Origin: Octopus sinensis
Lineage: Eukaryota
NCBI RefSeq assembly: GCF_006345805.1
Contig: NC_043019.1
Span: forward strand, 19,777,360 to 19,841,359
Direction: 5' to 3'
Length of the DNA: 64,000 nt
The notes under the pieces were generated by a model. It did not search any database, had not been told where the DNA came from, and saw nothing but the letters and a program-made list of their open reading frames with translations. Shown piece by piece: positions 53,988 to 64,000 of the stretch (position 1 is its first letter; the number at the start of each line of letters is the position of its first letter). The position numbers and the translations under genes were made by a program.

Positions 53988-54565
53988 TCTCTATATATAT
54001 AAACAGCAGTTTGTCTGTCTGTGTGTCTGTGTGTCTGTCAGGTTGTACCCTCACCCTGACCACGGCTTTCAACCGATTCTGTTGAAACTTGACACACACA
54101 TAGCCCAATATCATAATTCGAAACTAACGCAGTGAAAATTTTGAAAAGTTCCCCCAGTTCTGAAAAAAATTGATAAATTCGACATGGGGTCGAGAATCTA
54201 AGCTTTTTATATGCAACACCAAAATGTATAAAAATGTACAAAAACGGCAAAAAAGCGGGCAGCAATTTAAGGTGGTAGTTATAAAGAAAGTTTAAACAAA
54301 AAAAGTATTCGAATAACTTGCGGCTGCAGCAGCTATTAGTATAAGTGGCGGTGTTGGGGGTAAAGTCTCGAATGTAATATCTTCCTGGTAGGAATTGGTT
54401 GGGTTGAATTATCGATAGCTGTTTGATAGTTATTTGGGAGTGAAGAGAAGACATTGCAACCTACACATGCGCCTTCGTTCCCGAGAGGGAAAGGACTAGA
54501 TTGGGATTAGTCGTTGCCTACTAGGGGCTCTTACATACCCGGGCAATGCCGGGCTATGCTGCTAG
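53988..54565 (+). mobile_element. 578-bp non-autonomous Helitron inserted in the inverted PLE copy
   Basis: Starts TCTCTATATATATAAAC and ends CCCGG-GCAATG-CCGGG...CTAG. Joining the flanks (GCAGGTA + TTATTTATAAACG) gives the reverse complement of the empty site in both direct copies. Confidence 0.95.
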
Positions 54566-57500
54566 TTATTTATAAACGCTATTTAAAAGCCAGATAAGTG
54601 TAACGCCGCCAATGGGGGCATCGAAAAGCCGACTGTAAAAGTCCGTTTACCATCCGGCCTCTGGCGAACAAAATATGGAAGAGTTCGGAGACACAAAGGT
54701 TGCACTTCCTTCTGGGAGGGCCACCGACAAAATTGACCATTCCAGCCTGTAGCTTGAGTTTGTATCCTTCAATCGCCATATTAGCTTGCTGAGTCCCGTG
54801 GTCTGGCGCTTGTTCATGTCCCGAAAAGTTGCGTAATGATTGGAGATTCGCAAAGCCAATCTTGACGATGAGGCCCCTACATAAGTGTAGACATCTGAGT
54901 CCGTGTAAACATTGCATTGGTAGACGGCGTTTTTGATCTTGGAGTTCGCCGACGTGAATCTTATTCTGCTAGGATTAGTTTCTGAAATTAGAACTGCGTT
55001 CCTGTCACTATATTTGTTACGAGAACTGCAGCCGCTTACTACTTTATTTTCCACTACGTCACTATTAACTATCGGAATAACCCCTGATTCTCCACTATCT
55101 ATCAGAGTGCTGTCATTGCTAGTGCCCGTGGTGCTGCTATTGCGGGAAATGATGCTGGGTTGCTATTGGGGCTCTCTACCCTACTCCCATTGTTACCGTC
55201 AACCACAACACCCCTATTTATAACTATACCCCTAGTGTGTACTCCCTGGCGGGAGCTGAGATTATGTGTCACTGTACTGGCTCTCATATCATTATTACTA
55301 CTATAATTATTCCTACTGAGCATTAAACCGGGAGCGGAAGAGGCTGTGCCTCCGGAAAAAGGTGATAGGGTCTTAGTAAGTAGCCTATTATTATGGGAGG
55401 CGATTATCTGGGCGAGGTTTTTAGTGTTGGAGAAAGCTATCCTAACTTTATGCGAGTTAACCGTGGAGTAATATTTGGAATTTCTGGGGAAGTTATTGGC
55501 GATGGCTTGTCTAAACATGAGGGGGAGGTTAGTTCTAATCTGCTTACCAAAGGGAATTACAAACCATATATGCTTATTCCTATCTGTGTGATGGGTCGGG
55601 ACGCCAGCTCTCGCATTCGGGTGGGTGATTCTCGGATGAATAACGGGTTTTGGGTTAGTGTGAGATCTCCCGGCCCGATAATTATCTTTGTTCGCTAAAT
55701 TAAATGCGGGAGCGACTGCCCCGGCATCCGCCGCGCTCCCGTCCCTACTTAAATTGTTTATGTTAATATAGACGGCCCTATCCTGATGACCGAATGATGG
55801 CATCGGAAGGGCCGGATCAATATAAATTACCTTCTGCCTATAACCGGCCTTTGATAGTGCGGCGTTATAAAATTTCGCTTTCTGCATAAAAATATCGGCA
55901 CTGGCGGACAAGCCAGACAATATTAGAGAGATGTTTTTAACCAAATTGTCTGTTACGGTTTTGGCATGATTTGAGAAGACACTGACATACTTCAAATTAG
56001 TGGAAGGCTTATGGTAAGGGCAGTATGAGTCGCTATTAAGGTTAAGTGTAACGTCTAGGAAATTAGCCTTGGTGAGTTCATTATCAAAAACTATACTCAT
56101 GCCCATTCTATTAAAAAACCTAGCTAACCTGCTCTTAGTTTTCTGCACTATTCTGTTCGTGGTGTTTTGCAGGTAAAACAGACAATCGTCACGATACAGG
56201 CACAGCCTCTTCCGCTCCCGGTTTAATGCTCAGTAGGAATAATTATAGTAGTAATAATGATATGAGAGCCAGTACAGTGACACATAATCTCAGCTCCAGC
56301 CAGGGAGTACACACTAGGGGTATAGTTATAAATAGGGGTGTTGTGGTTGACGGTAACAATGGGAGTAGGGTAGAGAGCCCCAATAGCAACCCCAGCATCA
56401 TTTCCCGCAATAGCAGCACCACGGGCACTAGCAATGACAGCACTCTGATAGATAGTGGAGAATCAGGGGTTATTCCGATAGTTAATAGTGACGTAGTGGA
56501 AAATAAAGTAGTAAGCGGCTGCAGTTCTCGTAACAAATATAGTGACAGGAACGCAGTTCTAATTTCAGAAACTAATCCTAGCAGAATAAGATTCACGTCG
56601 GCGAACTCCAAGATCAAAAACGCCGTCTACCATGCAAGGTTTATACGGACTAAGATGTCTACACTTATGTAGGGGCCTCATCGTCAAGATTGGCTTTGCG
56701 AATCTCCAATCATTACGCAACTTTTCGGGACATGAACAAGCGCCAGACCACAGGACTCAGCAAGCTAATATGGCGATTGAAGGATACGAACTCAAGCTAC
56801 AGGCTGGAATGGTCAATTTTGTCGGTGGCCCTCCCATTTGATAGGGGCAGAAGGAAGTGCAACCTTTGTGTCTCCGAACTCTTCCATATTTTGTTCGCCA
56901 GAGGCCGGATGGTAAACGGACTTTTACAGTCGGCTTTTCGATGCCCCCATTGGCGGCGTTACACTTATCTGGCTTTTAAATAGCGTTTATAAATAATACC
57001 TGCACCCATAGCCCTTGGTAACAAATTCTGAAATAGCCTTTAAGATAATTACGATTAGCCGCTGCAAGGGGAATTACTCCTGTAAGATAAACGGGGCTTT
57101 GTTTTTTGACGACGGGGGGTTACCTTGACAAGGCAGGTTCAGACGAACACACGCACACATAAAACATAATATATTTTTTTCTGCCACCCAACGGTTCTTA
57201 CTGCAGTAGCCATTGTGTAGAGCGGCTTAACCACTGACAGCCGAGCGATCAAACGCACACACGTACACAAAAAATGTTTTCTACCCCTTGACGGAGGTCT
57301 TGCCAACCTGCGCCAGCACACACATATATAGAACAGTAAACACACACATGTCTCTAAGTAGATTTTTTCTCGCCCCTTATAAAACATCCAATATTCCTTA
57401 AATAGTCAGAACTTTATTCTCGGTCACAAAGAACATCTACACACCCTCACCCACATGAATGACCGCTGCCTGACCCGTTAAAATCTTCAACCACCGGTTC

Positions 57501-57602
57501 TCAACATACACTGATAAACAGTTTTGCCATGGGCTCTTGGGAGCCTAGTTCGATTTGTTTTGCTCCGCCTCTGTTCTGTTTTTGTTTTTCCAACGGATTT
57601 CC

Positions 57603-57695
57603 TATTTCTTCCTGAAGAGAAAGACACAATATGGTCTCATTATTCAATCGGATTTTGGTAAATTGTGCCTTTCGAAACACGTGTAGAATGAAATA
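57603..57695 (+). ncRNA. Type I hammerhead ribozyme
   Basis: Stem I TATTTCTTC/GAA(T)GAAATA, core CTGAAGA, stem II GAAAG-A-CACAAT/ATTGTG-C-CTTTC, GAAA, palindromic stem III ACACGTGT. Predicted cut is after GUA at 57685. Confidence 0.9.
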
Positions 57696-57951
57696 AAACG
57701 ATTTCTGTTCAATCTTCGTTCAGCTCCATTTCTTCAATTCACCAATAATATTTTAATTTCAATTATCCGCACCAACGCACGGTTGCAACACCATATGGTT
57801 GTACCTCCAACCGTGCTGTCTTCTGCTGTGATTTTTGCTACCAAGGTATCGGTTAAACTTTTGATTAATCTGCTACAAGATTATTCATCTTTCTATTTCA
57901 CATAATACATACCGCTTCGTCAAGAAACTGCTACTTTAACCGATACCAATA

Positions 57952-60638
57952 ATGGAGTTGTTCGAGATTGATGCGTCCCTTAAGGATATTCCTATACCAC
58001 CGAAGGACGCCTTCCTTAAGGAGTTGGTTTGTAAAACCAACGCATTCATAAACCGGATAAGATGGCTCGTTTTCTTCCACGAGAACGAAGATCTAAAATC
58101 GAACCGGACAACAGCATCGTCCGAATACGGCCGGCTTTTTAAAACATTGGATACGCCGCCACCTAACCCAAGACTGAAGAAGTTTGAGGACGACTTGTGG
58201 GACATAGTTAGAAAGATTAAGTTTTGGAAGTCACCCAGGAGAAATGCCCACCTCAGATACCTAGATAAAATTACCAAGGACATTAATAGAACGGACGGAG
58301 TCCTGGTCCAGTCCGACAAGACCAGGAACACATACAAGCTACCCATTAAGCAGTACCTAGATTTACTCGGTAAAGAGATCAAGAAAAATTATAGAAAAAC
58401 CAATTGGAGTACCCTGAGGAAGGTAAACTTGGAAATTAAGGAAATAATATTTAAACACCGAATTCAAATGAGAACTCAGCCGCTTAGCCCTAAGCAACCC
58501 AGATTTATAGTGAAGGACCATAAACCGAACTTCCACACCAACCCAGCGCTAAGACTCATATGCCCTGCTAGCTCTGATATCGGGATAATCAGTAAGTACA
58601 TTTTAGATAAATATATCCCTAGTTTAGTAAACAAGCTGAAGCTCAGCCTCTGGGCCAACTCCTCGCAGGTAGTGAAGTGGTTCTCTTCCATCCCCAATAA
58701 GAACCGTACTAGGTTCATTCAGTTTGATATCGCCAGCTTCTACCCATCGATTAACCCTAGTGTGCTAAATAAGGCCCTTTGGCATGTTCACAACAAGGCT
58801 GAACTCACCAGAGAAGAGATAGATATCATTTTAGTTGCCAGGAAATCGTTTATTAAGTTTGATAATAAGTTGTGGATCCGTAAAGATACTCCCAATGAAT
58901 TTGATGTGCCTATGGGTAGTTCGGATAGTGCGCAGATAGCCAATTTGGTCGGAATATATATTCTCTACGAATTGTCCGACCAATTCCCGGAGATCGCGGG
59001 CGGCCTGTATCGTGACGATTGTCCTGTTTACCTGCAAAACACCACGAACAGAATAGTGCAGAAAACTAAGAGCAGGTTAGCTAGGTTTTTTAATAGAATG
59101 GGCATGAGTATAGTTTTTGATAATGAACTCACCAAGGCTAATTTCCTAGACGTTACACTTAACCTTAATAGCGACTCATACTGCCCTTACCATAAGCCTT
59201 CCACTAATTTGAAGTATGTCAGTGTCTTCTCAAATCATGCCAAAACCGTAACAGACAATTTGGTTAAAAACATCTCTCTAATATTGTCTGGCTTGTCCGC
59301 CAGTGCCGATATTTTTATGCAGAAAGCGAAATTTTATAACGCCGCACTATCAAAGGCCGGTATAGGCAGAAGGTAATTTATATTGATCCGGCCCTTCCGA
59401 TGCCATCATTCGGTCATCAGGATAGGGCCGTCTATATTAACATAAACAATTTAAGTAGGGACGGGAGCGCGGCGGATGCCGGGGCAGTCGCTCCCGCATT
59501 TAATTTAGCGAACAAAGATAATTATCGGGCCGGGAGATCTCACACTAACCCAAAACCCGTTATTCATCCGAGAATCACCCACCCGAATGCGAGAGCTGGC
59601 GTCCCGACCCATCACACAGATAGGAATAAGCATATATGGTTTGTAATTCCCTTTGGTAAGCAGATTAGAACTAACCTCCCCCTCATGTTTAGACAAGCCA
59701 TCGCCAATAACTTCCCCAGAAATTCCAAATATTACTCCACGGTTAACTCGCATAAAGTTAGGATAGCTTTCTCCAACACTAAAAACCTCGCCCAGATAAT
59801 CGCCTCCCATAATAATAGGCTACTTACTAAGACCCTATCACCTTTTTCCGGAGGCACAGCCTCTTCCGCTCCCGGTTTAATGCTCAGTAGGAATAATTAT
59901 AGTAGTAATAATGATATGAGAGCCAGTACAGTGACACATAATCTCAGCTCCAGCCAGGGAGTACACACTAGGGGTATAGTTATAAATAGGGGTGTTGTGG
60001 TTGACGGTAACAATGGGAGTAGGGTAGAGAGCCCCAATAGCAACCCCAGCATCATTTCCCGCAATAGCAGCACCACGGGCACTAGCAATGACAGCACTCT
60101 GATAGATAGTGGAGAATCAGGGGTTATTCCGATAGTTAATAGTGACGTAGTGGAAAATAAAGTAGTAAGCGGCTGCAGTTCTCGTAACAAATATAGTGAC
60201 AGGAACGCAGTTCTAATTTCAGAAACTAATCCTAGCAGAATAAGATTCACGTCGGCGAACTCCAAGATCAAAAACGCCGTCTACCAATGCAAGGTTTATA
60301 CGGACTAAGATGTCTACACTTATGTAGGGGCCTCATCGTCAAGATTGGCTTTGCGAATCTCCAATCATTACGCAACTTTTCGGGACATGAACAAGCGCCA
60401 GACCACAGGACTCAGCAAGCTAATATGGCGATTGAAGGATACGAACTCAAGCTACAGGCTGGAATGGTCAATTTTGTCGGTGGCCCTCCCATTTGATAGG
60501 GGCAGAAGGAAGTGCAACCTTTGTGTCTCCGAACTCTTCCATATTTTGTTCGCCAGAGGCCGGATGGTAAACGGACTTTTACAGTCGGCTTTTCGATGCC
60601 CCCATTGGCGGCGTTACACTTATCTGGCTTTTAAATAG
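57952..60638 (+). pseudogene. PLE RT plus C-terminal GIY-YIG endonuclease, about 895 aa when repaired
   Basis: SLKDIPIP, SDKTRN, RLICPA, FDIASFYPSI, VPMGS, LYRDD, FLDVTL, then VYQC...YVGAS, KCNLC and CPH. There is a 1-bp deletion near 59361 and a TAA at 60306; both are intact in the inverted copy. Confidence 0.95.
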
Positions 60639-61258
60639 CGTTTATAAATAATACCTGCACCCATAGCCCTTGGTAACAAATTCTGAAATAGCCTTTAAGA
60701 TAATTACGATTAGCCACTGCAAGGGGAATTACTCCTGTAAGATAAACGGGGCTTTGTTTTTTGACGACGGGGGGTTACCTTGACAAGGCAGGTTCAGACG
60801 AACACACGCACACATAAAACATAATATATTTTTTTCTGCCACCCAACGGTTCTTACTGCAGTAGCCATTGTGTAGAGCGGCTTAACCACTGACAGCCGAG
60901 CGATCAAACGCACACACGTACACAAAAAATGTTTTCTACCCCTTGACGGAGGTCTTGCCAACCTGCGCCAGCACACACATATATAGAACAGTAAACACAC
61001 ACATGTCTCTAAGTAGATTTTTTCTCGCCCCTTATAAAACATCCAATATTCCTTAAATAGTCAGAACTTTATTCTCGGTCACAAAGAACATCTACACACC
61101 CTCACCCACATGAATGACCGCTGCCTGACCCGTTAAAATCTTCAACCACCGGTTCTCAACATACACTGATAAACAGTTTTGCCATGGGCTCTTGGGAGCC
61201 TAGTTCGATTTGTTTTGCTCCGCCTCTGTTCTGTTTTTGTTTTTTCCAACGGATTTCT

Positions 61259-61351
61259 TATTTCTTCCTGAAGAGAAAGACACAATATGGTCTCATTATT
61301 CAATCGGATTTTGGTAAATTGTGCCTTTCGAAACACGTGTAGAATGAAATA
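61259..61351 (+). ncRNA. Type I hammerhead ribozyme (3' repeat)
   Basis: Same motif as 57603-57695. Confidence 0.9.
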
Positions 61352-61558
61352 AAACGATTTCTGTTCAATCTTCGTTCAGCTCCATTTCTTCAATTCACCA
61401 ATAATATTTTAATTTCAATTATCCGCACCAACGCACGGTTGCAACACCATATGGTTGTACCTCCAACCGTGCTGTCTTCTGCTGTGATTTTTGCTACCAA
61501 GGTATCGGTTAAACTTTTGATTAATCTGCTACAAAATTATTCATCTTTCTATTTCACA

Positions 61559-61631
<73 letters not shown>

Positions 61632-61823
61632 GAGTGTATTTTTACCTTGTTAACAATTAAGACGGAAAAAATAAATAAAAAGTTACCAGGGCAGCAAAAA
61701 TCTCACAAGTAAAGGTGCTGTAACTCCTTGTTTATAAAGGTAGAAACTTCGTGTTTACGTTGAATATTTTGAATAATATGAATAAAAAAATGGAGTTAAC
61801 GCAGGTGTAATCAAATATTTTTA

Positions 61824-61907
61824 CTTTCGACACATGTTTCGAAAATTCCACTGGTACTATTCAAAAGAATAAATGGTATAAACAATGCAATCTTCTCCTC
61901 AGGAAAG
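61824..61907 (-). ncRNA. Type I hammerhead ribozyme, canonical core
   Basis: Minus strand CTTTC CTGAGGA GAAGATT...AATTTTC GAAACATGTGTC GAAAG, with a GUC cleavage triplet. Confidence 0.85.
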
Positions 61908-61954
61908 TGAAAAAAACGAAACTCGTCAATAAGACATTTTAGCAAAAAATATAA

Positions 61955-62658
61955 CAACTTCAAAAGTAATTACGCTATGAATACTAGTAAAAATATTTGG
62001 TTAATAATTCCTTACGGGAGACAAATTAAATCTAATCTCCCACTGCTGTTTCGTCAAGCTATTGCTAGGAATTTTCCAAATAATTCTAGATATTACTCTA
62101 TAATCAATTCACATAAGGTTAGGATAGGTTTTTCAAACACAAAAAATCTCTTGCAAATTATATCTTCTCATAATAACAAACTGTTAAATATTAATACATT
62201 TACTAATACTAACATTAATTTAGCTAATACCATCCAACCCTCTAGAAATATTAATAACAAGGTTATTGTATCTGAAGTATATTCCAATAGAATTAAGTTT
62301 ATGTCAAGTAACTCTAAGATTAAAACTTCTATATACCAGTGTATAATCAGTACTCGTAATAAAGTACGATTTTACATTGGAAGCACATTACTCAACATTT
62401 AGGGATAGAAATAAACGGAATAGTACCGGTCTCAGCAAACTGATTTGGGATTTAAAAGACCGCAATGAACAATTTCATTTAGAATGGTTGATCCTCTCAA
62501 TTTCGATACCATATGACAAAGGCAAGAAATTCTGTCTTCTCTGCAATTCTGAGCTATTTTTCATTATTTTTTCTAAAAATACTCTAGTAAACACGGTTAT
62601 AAAGCGAGCATACAGATGTAAGCATTGGCAGAAACATACTTTTAGTGCATATAAGTAG
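61955..62658 (+). pseudogene. PLE thumb end and GIY-YIG endonuclease with a small internal deletion
   Basis: KNIWLIIPYG...HKVRIGFSNTKNL, IYQC...FYIGST, NSTGLSKLIWDLKD, FCLLC and CKH. Confidence 0.9.
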
Positions 62659-62860
62659 TCTCTATCATTATATATAGTTTAAACTTTAATTTCCTTTATA
62701 TTTAACATTCACTATTAATATCCCTACTCTTTCTGTTAGCTACTTATCACGTTATATCATATAACGTTTTTTTAAACAATATTAATAGCGTTCTGTCTAT
62801 CGCTATACGAATCCATCATTTTTTGCTAAAATGTCTTATTGACGAGTTTCGTTTTTTTCA

Positions 62861-62944
62861 CTTTCTTGAAGAGAAGATTGCATTGTTTATACCATTTATT
62901 CTTTTGAATAGTATCAGTGGAATTTTCGAAACATGTGTCGAAAG
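62861..62944 (+). ncRNA. Type I hammerhead, C3-to-U core variant
   Basis: CTTTC TTGAAGA GAAGATT...AATTTTC GAAACATGTGTC GAAAG. Confidence 0.78.
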
Positions 62945-62986
62945 TAAAAATATTTGATTACACCTGCGTTAACGCCATTTTTTTTA

Positions 62987-63069
<83 letters not shown>

Positions 63070-63173
63070 AATATATATATGTATCCATGCTATCGTCCAA
63101 CCCATGCTACCCGTCAAACCCATGCTAGCATGGAAAACGAACGTTAAACGATGATGATGACATATATATATAA

Positions 63174-63281
<108 letters not shown>

Positions 63282-63317
63282 TCTATAAAATAATATGTTA
63301 CAATTACTCAATAGTCA

Positions 63318-63380
63318 AGATAAAACTCTGTGTTTCAGATGCCGAAGTGGTAAACCACAACACCATCTCTTCGGTTATCT
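63318..63380 (-). ncRNA. Hammerhead-like motif with CCGAAGA core
   Basis: Minus strand AGATAA CCGAAGA GATG...CATC T GAAACACAGAGTT TTATCT. Stem I is 6 bp, with one extra U before GAAA. Confidence 0.55.
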
Positions 63381-63689
63381 GGCCATCTGAAAAAAACGCT
63401 ATGAAAAAATACCGTTATATAAAGGGAAATTACTGTGTTATAATTATATAAAATAAGATTAAAATTTCATAGTAATCACGTAAAACATGGCTAGTCATAC
63501 GCTTACATGTGCGCTCGCGGATCCACGTGCGTACTTATACGTCACTATGAAAACGTACACAGCTTCACTCGCATTTTTCGCCAAATATATACGCATATAT
63601 ATATACAAACTCATACACACACACATGCGTACCGTAAAAGTTCATACATACGTCTATATACGCACAAGCACAAGAATCTGAGCACAAAC

Positions 63690-64000
63690 CGTCCAGCGGT
63701 ATTCTACCCACTAATGCTCAACCTACAACAAAATTCGATGCCGTCTATTGCAAGCTGAGCCTATCTGAGTTTTGCCTGCCCGTGTTAGCTGTCTACAGGC
63801 CGCCTCTTGCCGACCCCCAGGACGATGCTCATTTACTCGAAGCGATAAGATTCGTTTCAGCTTCGCATGACTGTTTGGTACTAGGAGACTTCAACGCTCC
63901 CACGATCGATTGGCCCGCATCAATTTGTACAACATCTTCCCGGTTCGGCCAGGCCCTTCTTGACGTGGCTGAAGATTGTTTTCTATCGCAACATGTTGAA
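63690..64000 (+). pseudogene. CR1/L2-type apurinic endonuclease fragment, running off the window end
   Basis: FDAVYCKL, LAVYRPP, LVLGDFNAPTIDW and FLSQHVE. Confidence 0.85.

Larger units (their letters stand above)
53234..61561. mobile_element. Penelope-like element array: inverted copy, partial direct copy and full direct copy
   Basis: 53234..56201 is minus, 56198..57905 is plus (3' part) and 57906..61561 is plus (unit of about 3655 bp). Both outer ends run into (TA)n. Confidence 0.95.
61625..62991 (+). mobile_element. Second, AT-rich, 5'-truncated PLE with inverted terminal segments
   Basis: 61777..61950 is the reverse complement of 62818..62991. The internal ORFs are homologous to the neighbouring PLE, and both ends run into (TA)n. 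Confidence 0.9.

Noticed and set aside
57952-60638. Selenocysteine or programmed readthrough in the PLE (as in Naiad elements)
   Set aside because: The interrupting stop is TAA, not TGA; it is TCA in the inverted copy; and the endonuclease is C-terminal.
53599-61042. Antisense ORF MFYKGREKIY... found three times
   Set aside because: Its conservation just reflects the recent triplication of the PLE 3' UTR, and it has no recognisable motif.

Overview
This is a eukaryotic window made almost entirely of transposable elements (TEs), with no host gene that I can recognise. The tRNA-derived SINEs and the RTE-tailed repeat match my recollection of abundant Octopus repeats, so a cephalopod source is inferred, not proven. 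Contents: two Ty3/Gypsy LTR elements plus a gag relic; decayed CR1, CRE, R4/Dong, RTE-BovB and L1/Tx1-like LINEs; one mariner; six Helitron-type elements; many SINEs; and long (TA)n, (CA)n and (CATA)n tracts. There is a 100-N gap with a probable false duplication across it. The best-preserved system is a Penelope-like element (PLE) array at 53.2-61.6 kb. It has one inverted and two tandem copies, an RT plus GIY-YIG ORF that can be reconstructed from the copies, and three type I hammerhead ribozymes. A related AT-rich PLE relic lies next to it. Across the window I count ten hammerhead or hammerhead-like motifs, and three from dissimilar elements share a CCGA core in place of CUGA. All motifs were read by eye; no database search or folding program was run.
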